Part shown: positions 10,269 to 20,415 of the stretch, piece after piece
Numbering within the stretch: the first letter of the stretch is position 1
How the letters are laid out: each line of letters begins with the position of its first letter
Assembly: GCA_965216465.1 (NCBI GenBank)
Contig: CBDCFW010000001.1
Coordinates: 319,020-383,019, forward strand
Source: Bacteroidia bacterium
GTDB lineage: Bacteria; Bacteroidota; Bacteroidia; NS11-12g; UBA9320
Direction of reading: 5' to 3'
Length of the DNA: 64,000 nt
The notes under the pieces: model-generated
The model's input: the letters and a program-made list of their open reading frames with translations, nothing else
Database searches by the model: none
What the model was told of the DNA's origin: nothing
Translations under genes and position numbers: made by a program

Positions 10269-13200
10269 ATGCTACTAAAAAAAGGAATCATCTCTTTACT
10301 CATGGTTATGCTCGCTCTTGCGGTCTATGCACAACCGCGGAGTTTTTCAAAGAAGCCATCGGTATATATTGAAGAGTTTAACAAATATGTAAACTCTGAC
10401 AACACCAAAGAAGGAACTGAAATTGTCGGCTTATTCACTGAAAAATGGAATACAGGACATTTTCCTGAAGATGAGCAACGCGTTATCATAAAGGTATGCA
10501 ATGAAATGTTGATGAACGATTTAGCTATTCCTGATTTTGTGTTGCTTACTGAAACGGTATTGCTCGGCAAAGATTCTGTCGATGTTGAGAAATACGACAA
10601 CTGGATGAAGTCTTTAATTCCTGCGGTTAGAGCTGGTAATAAGACTTTCTTAACCTTGCTAACCGCTTCGAAAAACCTGTTCAAAGACAATGTAATGTAC
10701 TCTTCTCAAACCAAGCAATGGTACAGTTCTAAGAACAATTACATTTTTGATTTTAGCGATAACCGGGTAAAAATATCGTTCAAAGACATTGATTTAATCT
10801 GTCAAGCTCATGTCGACCAAATAGTCATTTACAATACAACGGGGAGCTACTACCTCGATAACGACCTTTGGGAAGGTTCTGAAGGAAGAATAACATGGGA
10901 AAGAGTTGGCTTTGGCAAAGACAACATTTATGCAGACATACAAGGCGATTATAAGCTTCGTTTTGATCGTGCAGAGGTTTCAATAGACACTGTTTTATTT
11001 ACCAATGTCGATTTCTTGAGCAATTCAATTTACGGGTCTCTAAAAGATCGTGCATCGAGTGCCGATAAGATTGGAGAACAACAATTATTGAAATCACAAT
11101 ACCCTCAATTCTCATCTTTTGAGAAACGATTAGAACTGGGCACATATCTCGAAGGACGGGTTAAGTTCAAAGGAGGCTATGCGATGAAAGGTGCTGAAAT
11201 CATTTCTAATGGTACAGCCACTAACCCTTCGATTGTTGAAATTTACTACAAGAAAAAACCTCGAGTTATAGCTAGAAGCCAGCACTTTAGCTTGAAGGAA
11301 AACAAAATTGTATCGCGAGCAGCTGAAGTTACTATTAATACAGATAGTGGTGAAATATTTCACCCAAAGATCAACTTCAACTTGAACCTCGAAAATAAGG
11401 TTCTCTTACTTACTAGAGGAAAAGAAGGTCTTCAGCAAGCACCATTCTTTAACTCTGATCATGAAGTCGAAATCTATGTTGACCAGGTGATTTGGCGATT
11501 AGACCTTCCTAAAATTGAATTTGATATGGTTGGTGAAGACAGTCGAGCAATTGTTGAATCTGCCAATTTTTACAAAGAGGTTCGGTACGAACGAATTCCG
11601 AGGGGGATGCTTAAGTATCACCCGCTATCAAAAATGAGAGACTTTGTGATAACCTATCGCATGCGAGAGTTCACTTTTACAGAGTATGCAAATTGGATGG
11701 GTAGTAAGCAAACCTACCTCAGACCGCAAATTGTAGAACTTGCAGACCTTGGATATATTTTCTTTAATCCAGACACCGACAGCATAAAAGTTAGAAAGAA
11801 ACTAGATCATGCCGTCTTATCGCACATGAAGCTTGTTGATTACGATGTGATTCGATTTTCTTCAGTTATTAGTGCTCGCTCAAATGGCTTTTTAAACTTG
11901 ATCAACAACACCTTTGTTCTTGAGGGAGTTAGAGCATTTAGATTTAGCGATAGTCAAAGTGTTTATGCCTTTCCGCATGAACAAAAGGTAATTCTTAAAA
12001 ATAAACGAAGAATGCAGTTCGGTGGGCAACTCACCGCCGGAAAGTTTGATTTTTATGCCGAACGATTTGATTTCGACTATTACAATTTCGATATCAACTC
12101 AGACCATATTGACTCAATGCGAATCTATGTTGAAGATTTCACCGGTGCGAATCGGTTGGTTGCTGTAAAATCTGTGCTTAGGGATATCAACGGAACTCTT
12201 GAGATCGATAAATCCACGAACAAGTCCGGAATAGAAGATTATCCCGAATACCCCCGATTCACAAGTAGGAAGGGGGCCAAAATTGCATACGATAAAAAGA
12301 GTATTCATAACGGAGCCTACCCCAAAGACAAATTTCATTTTGAAGTAGATCCGTTTGTAATTGATAATCTAGATGATTTTACGCCGAATGATTTGAGCTT
12401 CCCAGGAACTTTTGTGTCTGGAGGTATTATTCCAGAGTTTCGATTTGAAGCTAAAATTATGGATGACTATTCTCTTGGATTTGAAAAAACGAATCCAGTT
12501 GGTGGATATCCAATGTATGGTGGTTTAGGCCATGGTGAAATTGATATTAAGCTAAGCGAAGAAGGGTTTACTGCAAAAGGAGAAATAGAATACCAAGGGG
12601 CTAAAATTAAGTCTGACGATATCTTACTTACCCCAGACAGTACCTTAGCTTCTGCAGAATCGTATATCGTAAACGAAGATGCTCGCTATCCAAATGTTGT
12701 TGCTATGGATGTGCTCACCCGTTGGTTGCCAAACAAAGATTCATTATTTGTGAACACCAATGGCCACACAGCACAAGTTCTTCGTGACAACCAACAATTC
12801 GAAGGAAACTTAATCCAAACAAGCAAGCAAATTGCCGGTAACGGAGTGCTCTCCTGGGATCGAGCAAAACTTACTTCACGAGACATGAAGTACAAACCCA
12901 ACGAGGTTGATGCCAAAGTTTCTCAAATCGAAATAGGTTCGATTGACAACGATAAAATTGCTTTTGCTTCATATAATGTTGATGCCCATGTCGATTTCAA
13001 CACCCGTATTGGTGAGTTTAAAGCAAATGAAAAAGGAAATCTTACAGAATTCCCATTCAATGCGTATGCCAGCTCAATGGACGAATACACCTGGGACATG
13101 GATGCAGAGACGATCGAGCTAAACAAAGGACCGCTATTGGCTAAAGAGAAATCAATCTTTATAAGCAGAAAGCATGAACAACAAGGCCTGCGTTTTCAAA

Positions 13201-14672
13201 GCACCAAAGCCTTATTCGACATGAAAGATGGTGTCATATATGCAGAAGAAGTACCCTATATTGATGTGGCAGATAGCCGAATATTCCCATTCGAAGAAAA
13301 ACTTACCATCTTCGAAGATGCGGATATGAAAAAACTTGAGCAAGCAAAAATGCTAGCTTCACGAGATAATAAGTATCATGAACTTTTCGATGCCGGAATT
13401 AAGATTCATGGCAGATATAAACTGGGTGGTTCAGCAAATTATGAATACAAAGACAAGCATCTTACTGGTCAAATAGTTCATTTCTCTAAAATTCGCGTCA
13501 AAGACCACACCGACTCTACCGTTCAAGCAAATGGCGGTATTGCTGACACTGCAGGATTTACAGTAAGTCCTAAAATTGCCTACAAGGGTGGAATTGAGTT
13601 GCTTAGTACTGATGAGTTTATCAGCTTCAGTGGATATGTGAAGCCGCTTCACTCTTTAGAGCAGTATGCTAGTTCTTGGTTTAGATACAGACAACAGCCT
13701 GACCCAGAAGACGTTATAATACCTGCTTATGAAATTCTGAACGAAGACAGACGAAGAATGTCTGCATCGGTAAGTATTGCTAACGACTCAACGCATATCT
13801 ATCCATCGATGTTTACATTTAAACGGAGCTATGCTGACCTAGAATTAACTTCTGACACAGGTATATTCTATTATGACGAAGACAAACAAACGTTTTTTGT
13901 TGGTGACTCAATGAAACTATTGGGTGGTGCCAGTCGAGGTAGCTACTTGGCTTATAACGACGATTCTAAGCAAGTGTACTCTGAAGGTAAGATTGATTTC
14001 AACCTTGATGTTGATGAGAACTTCAATGGAGTAATGGCAGGAAATCTGGTTAAAGAAGATGAGGACACGACATTTAGTTTAACTGGCATTTTAGCTTTGG
14101 ATGTAAATATCCCAATAGAATGTTATGCTAGAATTATTGAAGTGATTAAAAACAGTGCTGATGGCAATGAGCAAGCTGACAATAATTCTGAGTTCGTTGA
14201 AAAAGCAATGGCCGAATTCTTAGACGACAAAAAGTTGAAGAAAGCCTTAGAATCAACTCCAGCAACAGGACAAATTGATCCTGCAGGCGACTTGAACAAG
14301 CATTTCTTCATGACCCAAGTTGGTATTGAATACATTCCTCGTCTTAAATCATTTGTTGCCTTAGACCCAATTCATTTAGCTACGGTAAATGGTGAACAAA
14401 TCAATAAAGTACTAGAAGCCAAAATTCAAATCACCAAACGGAGAAGCGGAGTAAGGTATACAATGTATATCGAAGCAAGTAACTACGATTGGTTCTATAT
14501 TGACTACTATATGGGTGCTTTAAATGTATTAAGTACTGACAAGGAGTTTAATGACATTTTAAGAGAAAAAGGACCAAAGATGAACAAAGGACGTTTTAGA
14601 ATCCGTATGGCAAGCCCTAGAACGGTTGCAAACTTCTTGGCTAAATTAGAGCCTCCTGAGGATGTAGAATAA
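10269..14672 (+). CDS. Large (~1467 aa) exported hypothetical protein, beta-rich
   Basis: Long uninterrupted ORF. Signal peptide MLLKKGIISLLMVMLALAVYA-Q. No catalytic motif recognised. Confidence 0.85.
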   Translation: MLLKKGIISLLMVMLALAVYAQPRSFSKKPSVYIEEFNKYVNSDNTKEGTEIVGLFTEKWNTGHFPEDEQRVIIKVCNEMLMNDLAIPDFVLLTETVLLGKDSVDVEKYDNWMKSLIPAVRAGNKTFLTLLTASKNLFKDNVMYSSQTKQWYSSKNNYIFDFSDNRVKISFKDIDLICQAHVDQIVIYNTTGSYYLDNDLWEGSEGRITWERVGFGKDNIYADIQGDYKLRFDRAEVSIDTVLFTNVDFLSNSIYGSLKDRASSADKIGEQQLLKSQYPQFSSFEKRLELGTYLEGRVKFKGGYAMKGAEIISNGTATNPSIVEIYYKKKPRVIARSQHFSLKENKIVSRAAEVTINTDSGEIFHPKINFNLNLENKVLLLTRGKEGLQQAPFFNSDHEVEIYVDQVIWRLDLPKIEFDMVGEDSRAIVESANFYKEVRYERIPRGMLKYHPLSKMRDFVITYRMREFTFTEYANWMGSKQTYLRPQIVELADLGYIFFNPDTDSIKVRKKLDHAVLSHMKLVDYDVIRFSSVISARSNGFLNLINNTFVLEGVRAFRFSDSQSVYAFPHEQKVILKNKRRMQFGGQLTAGKFDFYAERFDFDYYNFDINSDHIDSMRIYVEDFTGANRLVAVKSVLRDINGTLEIDKSTNKSGIEDYPEYPRFTSRKGAKIAYDKKSIHNGAYPKDKFHFEVDPFVIDNLDDFTPNDLSFPGTFVSGGIIPEFRFEAKIMDDYSLGFEKTNPVGGYPMYGGLGHGEIDIKLSEEGFTAKGEIEYQGAKIKSDDILLTPDSTLASAESYIVNEDARYPNVVAMDVLTRWLPNKDSLFVNTNGHTAQVLRDNQQFEGNLIQTSKQIAGNGVLSWDRAKLTSRDMKYKPNEVDAKVSQIEIGSIDNDKIAFASYNVDAHVDFNTRIGEFKANEKGNLTEFPFNAYASSMDEYTWDMDAETIELNKGPLLAKEKSIFISRKHEQQGLRFQSTKALFDMKDGVIYAEEVPYIDVADSRIFPFEEKLTIFEDADMKKLEQAKMLASRDNKYHELFDAGIKIHGRYKLGGSANYEYKDKHLTGQIVHFSKIRVKDHTDSTVQANGGIADTAGFTVSPKIAYKGGIELLSTDEFISFSGYVKPLHSLEQYASSWFRYRQQPDPEDVIIPAYEILNEDRRRMSASVSIANDSTHIYPSMFTFKRSYADLELTSDTGIFYYDEDKQTFFVGDSMKLLGGASRGSYLAYNDDSKQVYSEGKIDFNLDVDENFNGVMAGNLVKEDEDTTFSLTGILALDVNIPIECYARIIEVIKNSADGNEQADNNSEFVEKAMAEFLDDKKLKKALESTPATGQIDPAGDLNKHFFMTQVGIEYIPRLKSFVALDPIHLATVNGEQINKVLEAKIQITKRRSGVRYTMYIEASNYDWFYIDYYMGALNVLSTDKEFNDILREKGPKMNKGRFRIRMASPRTVANFLAKLEPPEDVE

Positions 14673-14692
14673 AAGCTTAGATTTGCTTCTAT

Positions 14693-15202
14693 ATGAAGAC
14701 ATCTAAGCTTTATACCGTAGTATTAATCTTATTTTCCATTGCACTTATTCCAAAACGCATTGCAGGCTTTATAGGCATGTCTGTGAGTTATTTAATCTCA
14801 TACTCTGACACTTCAAATGGAGATTACTTCATGCTCTATATCCCAAATTTTATTATTGAGTTAATTGTAGTTATATTGCTGATTGTATATTCAAAAAAGA
14901 TCATTGGTCTACTTGGACTAGGCAATCAAGCTGAAGATGAGGAAATTAACATTGATATGGGAGCTCCAAAATTGATCAAAGTCTTTGTAATCTGTCTAGG
15001 TCTATATATTTCCATTACCTCCTTTGCTAACGCCATCGACAACGGATTAATATACACTGAGAATATGCGGAGCATGATAAAGTACAACGCATTTAAAACT
15101 CCTTATCTCCTAATCAGCGATTTGACTCAAATTGTATTGGGAATAATCCTTGTATACATGTCTAACTTCTTCACTTCAAAGGTTACTCAGGCTGCTAACT
15201 AA
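14693..15202 (+). CDS. Hypothetical inner-membrane protein (about 4 TM)
   Basis: Four hydrophobic segments. TAGATTTG promoter element at 14678-14685. Confidence 0.7.
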   Translation: MKTSKLYTVVLILFSIALIPKRIAGFIGMSVSYLISYSDTSNGDYFMLYIPNFIIELIVVILLIVYSKKIIGLLGLGNQAEDEEINIDMGAPKLIKVFVICLGLYISITSFANAIDNGLIYTENMRSMIKYNAFKTPYLLISDLTQIVLGIILVYMSNFFTSKVTQAAN

Positions 15203-15948
15203 CGCAACTCATACACCAAAGACAACGTAAACCCATAGGTGCGGTATTTGGCCACTTCAGAATTCATAAAAGTGAAGTTGTTTATGATCTGAAAATCAGT
15301 TTCTAGATACGTTTGATTTAGCGGAAAGCGAGATTCATCTTTACCTAATCGAAATGCCATCCCTACCTGCTGAACAAAGTTAGCACTGCTGTAAGAATCT
15401 AAGCCTTCACCATAAAAGTTTTCCGTATCCGACTCAAAATAGCTTGAAGGCCAATGATTCTTTGACATCGACCTATAACCTTCAGCATCGATATCATATG
15501 CTAATAAACCTTCAACTCCGATTCCAAAGTTGTAAAAAAATCTACGTTTTGCAGGAGTAGTAAACCTTGCCATAGCTTTTAACCCCAATAATGAGCTGGT
15601 CATATCAAGATTTGTAGATTGGGTAATGTTGGTATCGTTATCAAATGTATTTGAATAGCTTGAAGCATAAGCATATTCGGTTCCTTGAAGCAGATCTAGG
15701 TCAAAGTACACTGCTTTCGAATTAGCCGGCTTGAACCCAAACTCATAGGCACTAAAAGTTCTATTCAAGCTTCCATAAGTGCCTGAAGAAGCAATATCCG
15801 TCACTTCCTTAAAATTTGAAGAAATTAAATGATCTGGCACTCGTCCTGTACCATTGTAATTAAATCCTAAACCAAAGTGATTAAATTGAGTTTGTGCGAA
15901 TCCTACCATTGAACACAACACAAAAATTGAGCATAATATCTTTTTCAT
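15199..15948 (-). CDS. Hypothetical outer-membrane beta-barrel-like protein
   Basis: Signal peptide, alternating amphipathic strands and a C-terminal YGFTLSLVYEL strand. Confidence 0.65.
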   Translation of the reverse strand: MKKILCSIFVLCSMVGFAQTQFNHFGLGFNYNGTGRVPDHLISSNFKEVTDIASSGTYGSLNRTFSAYEFGFKPANSKAVYFDLDLLQGTEYAYASSYSNTFDNDTNITQSTNLDMTSSLLGLKAMARFTTPAKRRFFYNFGIGVEGLLAYDIDAEGYRSMSKNHWPSSYFESDTENFYGEGLDSYSSANFVQQVGMAFRLGKDESRFPLNQTYLETDFQIINNFTFMNSEVAKYRTYGFTLSLVYELR

Positions 15949-15950
15949 AA

Positions 15951-17360
15951 CTAATTCAAATTCAGCGACTCCCAGTATTTATCAAGCAAATAAACCATAG
16001 CAGCCATACTTGCACCTCCCAATTCCAATTCGCGTTGATTTACATTCTCAAACACATCATCGTCTGAATGATGGTAATCAAAATAACGTTGTGGATCTGG
16101 ATATAGTCCAAGGAGAACGAGATTCTCGTTCACAATATTTTCTTTTCTTTTTAGAGGTCCAATATCAACTCCACCATAGCCTGCTTCAAAGAAGTGAAGT
16201 CCATACGGTTCGAGTAGTTCTCTCCATTGTGCAATGGCCTCAACTTGAGATGGTTTGCCATCGATTGAAAATCCGCGTGGAGTGAATCCACCACGATCGG
16301 TCTCTATTGCTCCGATATGATTTTCACCCTTAGCCTTTGCTTCTGAAGCATAAGTGGTGCCACCAAAATTTCCATTTTCTTCGTTCATGTAAAGCACCAT
16401 GCGAATAGTTCTTTTCGGTTGAATGTTTAACGCTTTGAACAAACGCATCACTTCCATGCATTGCACTACTCCTGCTCCATCATCATGAGCTCCTTCTCCA
16501 ACATCCCAGCTATCCATATGCCCGCCAATCACAATAATTTCATTTGGGAACTCGCTACCCTTTATCTCTCCTATTACATTATATGTTTCGATTTTATCAT
16601 TTGAGTAACAATCAAGATCTATCGTGACAAAATGCTCTTCTGATGTAGCCAGAACTTCATGTAACGAATCTGCATGAGCTGTGCTAATGGCCACTGATGG
16701 AATTTTATTAACTCCATCCTTATAAACCATACTCCCCGTATGCGGGAAATGATCTGTAAGCGTCGTCAATGATCTAACCAAAACACCTACAGCACCTTTT
16801 TCAGCTGCTGCATTTGCTCCCCAATAGCGTTGCGAGGCACAAGCTCCATAAGCTTCGAAAGTATTTATTTTCGATCGGTCAAAAGGCTTATTGTAAAAGA
16901 CTATTGCTCCTTCAAGCACATCTCCTTTGAAACGCTCAAGATCTTCAATTCCGTCTACTTCAACTACCCTTGCTTTTAGAGGTGATTCCGTTCCGATAGA
17001 ACCTCCTAATGCTGATGCTTCCAAAGGCTTTCCATCCAGCAAAACAATTTCCTTTGTACCTCTAATCCATAATGGTGCTTCAATTTGTTGTTTGTAGACT
17101 TGATCTAATCCATACTCAGATACCACTTCAACGGACCAATCGATGGCCTTAGAAGCTCCAGAAGATCCTGTTAACCGATGACCAATCTGCTTACACAGAT
17201 ATTCTAAATTCTCGTAACTCTCTCCATTTAAAAGAGCTTCGTTAAATATTTTCTTGATTTGAATTGAATCTTCTTTGGATGATCCAGGAAGATTAGTGAT
17301 TTGAGCCATGCCTTGCATGAACCAAATGAGCGTTAAGCTAAGACTGAACAGGTACCTCAT
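15951..17360 (-). CDS. M28 family metallopeptidase (carboxypeptidase Q-like, PA domain)
   Basis: IGHRLTGS, GGHMDSWDVGEGAHDDGAG, NEENG and YFDYHHSDDD. Signal peptide from ATG 17360. Confidence 0.9.
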   Translation of the reverse strand: MRYLFSLSLTLIWFMQGMAQITNLPGSSKEDSIQIKKIFNEALLNGESYENLEYLCKQIGHRLTGSSGASKAIDWSVEVVSEYGLDQVYKQQIEAPLWIRGTKEIVLLDGKPLEASALGGSIGTESPLKARVVEVDGIEDLERFKGDVLEGAIVFYNKPFDRSKINTFEAYGACASQRYWGANAAAEKGAVGVLVRSLTTLTDHFPHTGSMVYKDGVNKIPSVAISTAHADSLHEVLATSEEHFVTIDLDCYSNDKIETYNVIGEIKGSEFPNEIIVIGGHMDSWDVGEGAHDDGAGVVQCMEVMRLFKALNIQPKRTIRMVLYMNEENGNFGGTTYASEAKAKGENHIGAIETDRGGFTPRGFSIDGKPSQVEAIAQWRELLEPYGLHFFEAGYGGVDIGPLKRKENIVNENLVLLGLYPDPQRYFDYHHSDDDVFENVNQRELELGGASMAAMVYLLDKYWESLNLN

Positions 17361-17946
17361 ATAAGTCCATCTTTTTAAATCCTTGTGACATGACCACCAA
17401 AGATAACGCAACTAAGATATGACTTACATCAGCAGGTTTAATAAATGACATTGTTTTGAATATTGAGAACACTGCAGCTGAGCCAATTAGAATAAGCAGT
17501 CCCAATATCATTAAGCCATTGGCCGATTTATTTCTACTGTAGTTCAAAACGAAAAGACTCATACTAATAATTGCCATCCCAAAGATGCCATAGAGCATAA
17601 CTGGAGAGAACACATTTTGCATAATTAACCAGCAGAGGAAAATCAATATCAAACCATAGTTGCTTGTATTAACCCACTTTTTCTCCTTGTAATTGAAGTA
17701 GGTAAACGTTCCTGATACAAAAAAGAAGATCGAGAATAGGTTTACAATTCTTGATAAAAACAAGAGGCCTTTTTGGTAGGTCATTGGTAGCGTTTCCAAG
17801 TGCCCAAAAGCAGCAATTAACGACGTTATGCCTGTTAAAAACAAGAAATATAAGAAGCTCTTATTTCTAAGATTTTTACGCATTGACATCCCCAATATCA
17901 TTGCTGTAACAAAAATCAGTGCGTTCGTTGAAAAGCTAAACCACAT
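17338..17946 (-). CDS. Multi-pass membrane protein (DUF6962-like)
   Basis: About 7 hydrophobic helices with membrane-embedded His (AAFGH, DVSH). Overlaps the start of the peptidase gene. Confidence 0.6.
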   Translation of the reverse strand: MWFSFSTNALIFVTAMILGMSMRKNLRNKSFLYFLFLTGITSLIAAFGHLETLPMTYQKGLLFLSRIVNLFSIFFFVSGTFTYFNYKEKKWVNTSNYGLILIFLCWLIMQNVFSPVMLYGIFGMAIISMSLFVLNYSRNKSANGLMILGLLILIGSAAVFSIFKTMSFIKPADVSHILVALSLVVMSQGFKKMDLYEVPVQS

Positions 17947-17991
17947 TTGAAGCTGCGAATTTAAACAATCTCAAGTGTTCAATCTCAATTT

Positions 17992-18426
17992 TTATTGCGG
18001 AGCGAATAATCCGCTCTCATCAACTGCTGCAGGAATGCCGACTGGTCTTTTGGCGTCATAGTCGTAGCAAACAATCGCTGTTCGCACTTCAGCCATCAAT
18101 GCGTTCTTAGTTAAATTCCAAAATTTATAAAAGATATTGAATGACGAATTGCCTGTTTTAACAGCAGCAACAGCAATTTCAACCTTGTCGCCTAAGTGCC
18201 CTTCTCCTTTAAAAACAATTGCTGCATCAGCCTGAATCAGGGAGACCCCACCAAAATTCATTTCATCATACCCAAACGAATGGAAGTACTTCAATCGTGC
18301 AATTTGTGCGTAGGCTAAAAACTGCTGATTAGCTAAATGATTACCATAATTAAGGTCTGTTACCCTAACTTCTAACTCTACCTTAAAATGCCAATCTTGT
18401 GGCATGTCTATCTTCATTCTGGCCAT
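17992..18426 (-). CDS. Hotdog-fold acyl-CoA thioesterase family protein
   Basis: EVRVTDLNYGNHLANQ motif of 4HBT-like thioesterases. Confidence 0.85.
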   Translation of the reverse strand: MARMKIDMPQDWHFKVELEVRVTDLNYGNHLANQQFLAYAQIARLKYFHSFGYDEMNFGGVSLIQADAAIVFKGEGHLGDKVEIAVAAVKTGNSSFNIFYKFWNLTKNALMAEVRTAIVCYDYDAKRPVGIPAAVDESGLFAPQ

Positions 18427-18971
18427 TTTACTCCGTCTTCTGGGTTCTTTCCTTTAAACTCGCTAAAATACTTTTTAAACTCAATTACTGTATCACATAA
18501 ATCTTTTGTAATGGTATAGGGCTCTGCAACAATTATTCTTTTAGTGCTGTAATCAATAGCTACCCGTACCACTGGCACTTCCGCCTGTCTGGCAATGTAG
18601 TAGAAACCTGTCTTCCACTCAGGACTGAAGCTACGCGTACCTTCAGGCGTTATTGTTGTGATAAAAGAATCGTTAGTGTTATATGCCTCCACAATTGAAT
18701 CAACAAAATTGGTGTTCTTGCTTCGCTCAACTGGATATCCTCCGAGCCAGCGAAAAAAGTAACCAAAAGGAAAAACAAAGAGCTCCTTTTTAGCTAAGTA
18801 TTTTGGATTAAAGTTGGGTGTAAATTTTCGAAACAAAACGCCAATCGGGAAATCCCAATTGCTTGTATGCGGGGCAACAACGATGAGGTATTTTTTCAAA
18901 TCCGGAACCTCCCCTTCTACTCTCCAACCTGCGAGCTTAATCAATATGAATTTAGACAGCCAACTAAGCAT
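18414..18971 (-). CDS. 1-acyl-sn-glycerol-3-phosphate acyltransferase family protein
   Basis: APHTSNWDF (HX4D), KKELF, GGYPVER, PEGTRS and WKTGFY. Confidence 0.9.
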   Translation of the reverse strand: MLSWLSKFILIKLAGWRVEGEVPDLKKYLIVVAPHTSNWDFPIGVLFRKFTPNFNPKYLAKKELFVFPFGYFFRWLGGYPVERSKNTNFVDSIVEAYNTNDSFITTITPEGTRSFSPEWKTGFYYIARQAEVPVVRVAIDYSTKRIIVAEPYTITKDLCDTVIEFKKYFSEFKGKNPEDGVKWPE

Positions 18972-19392
18972 CTTGAATATTCATTAACTCTTCAAATTTA
19001 GTTCTGATAGTATCGTCAACCTTTATGGGTCTTCCAGAATCTCGGTCAAGCAAAACAAAAGTCACATCAGCTGTGCTATACAAATTGGAATTCTCCTTGT
19101 CAATAATTCGCTGAGAAATAATCATACTCGCATTACTAAACTTAATGGAGTCGCAAACAACCTCAACTAAATGATCCGGCAAGAGTGGTTTTTTATAGGA
19201 AACATTGATGTTTACCACTACAATCATCAAATTGTGATTTTTAAAGAAGTTTTCATCAACGGCAGGTTGCAAGAAAGCCCATCTACCCTCTTCATAAAAC
19301 TCGAGATAACGGGCGTTATTGACATGGCCATAGGCATCGCAATGAAATCCTCGAACCATCAAATCCATTTTAAACACTTTACAAATGTGCAC
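18964..19392 (-). CDS. Acyl-CoA thioesterase (YbgC/FadM family); start uncertain
   Basis: VRGFHCDAYGHVNNARYLEFYEEGR. Confidence 0.88.
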   Translation of the reverse strand: MHICKVFKMDLMVRGFHCDAYGHVNNARYLEFYEEGRWAFLQPAVDENFFKNHNLMIVVVNINVSYKKPLLPDHLVEVVCDSIKFSNASMIISQRIIDKENSNLYSTADVTFVLLDRDSGRPIKVDDTIRTKFEELMNIQDA

Positions 19393-19449
19393 AATCCTAA
19401 GCTATTCTAAAACAAAAGGTAGGCTATTTCTGTATATTCGTTAGCGTTC

Positions 19450-20343
19450 ATGAAAGTTGTACTCATAGCAGGCGGAAGCGGATTAATTGGCCAAGATTTA
19501 AAGCAACATTTAAAATCTATTGGATTTGAGGTTAGAATTCTGTCTCGTGCTTCAACTCAGCCAGAAAAAGGCATCTACCACTGGAACATTCAAAAACAGT
19601 TTATCGACCCCCTAGCATTAGAAAATTTAGATACAGTAATTAATCTGGCAGGCAGTCGTATCATTGGCAACAGATGGACCAAAAAAAACAAAGCAAGACA
19701 TACGACTTCACGAATAAATAGCACGCGTTTGTTGGTTCAAACCATTAACAAACAAACGCTTCAAATCAACCATTTCATTCAAGCTTCGGCAATGGGATAC
19801 TTTGGCGATTGCGGCGATCAAGTCCTGATAGAAGACAGTCCGCCAGGCCAAGATTTCATGGCCACATTGTGTAGTCAGTGGGAAGCTGAAGCCAAAAACA
19901 TATCAGAAATCAATAAGCTTAGTATTCTAAGAATTGGCTTGTACTTAAGTCCAAATGGCGGAGTTTACACCTTGCTTAAGCGACTGAGTAAATTTTATCT
20001 CGCTACATCCTTTGGCTCTGGAAAACAGTATGTTAACTACACACATCGCGATGAGTTTTGTGGGCTCGTTACAAATATTATCCGCGGAAAGATTTCTTCG
20101 AACACCTACCATGCAGTTGGGCCCAAAGCAATGTCATTAGCTGAACTCACTCGTTCAATTGCTAGAGCAAATAAGCGAACTGTTATTTTCCCGAACATCC
20201 CTGCTTTCTTGCTAAAATTGGTTTTAGGGGAGGCTTCTTCTTCTCTGCTCAACAGCCACAGAATAGAATCGAGCTATTTGAACGAAAAAAACTACCATTT
20301 ATTCAAAACCTTGGATGAGGCCATTCAGGCACTTGAAGCATAA
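19450..20343 (+). CDS. TIGR01777/YfcH-family NAD-dependent epimerase
   Basis: IAGGSGLIG, VINLAG, RWT, SRINST, ASAMGYFG, LCSQWEAEA and GSGKQY. Confidence 0.85.
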   Translation: MKVVLIAGGSGLIGQDLKQHLKSIGFEVRILSRASTQPEKGIYHWNIQKQFIDPLALENLDTVINLAGSRIIGNRWTKKNKARHTTSRINSTRLLVQTINKQTLQINHFIQASAMGYFGDCGDQVLIEDSPPGQDFMATLCSQWEAEAKNISEINKLSILRIGLYLSPNGGVYTLLKRLSKFYLATSFGSGKQYVNYTHRDEFCGLVTNIIRGKISSNTYHAVGPKAMSLAELTRSIARANKRTVIFPNIPAFLLKLVLGEASSSLLNSHRIESSYLNEKNYHLFKTLDEAIQALEA

Positions 20344-20415
20344 GTCGTTTAAAAGTAAATATCGAAACCGACACTTAAAAGTCGGGACATTTGTTTTACT
20401 TTGAGACCCCTTATT

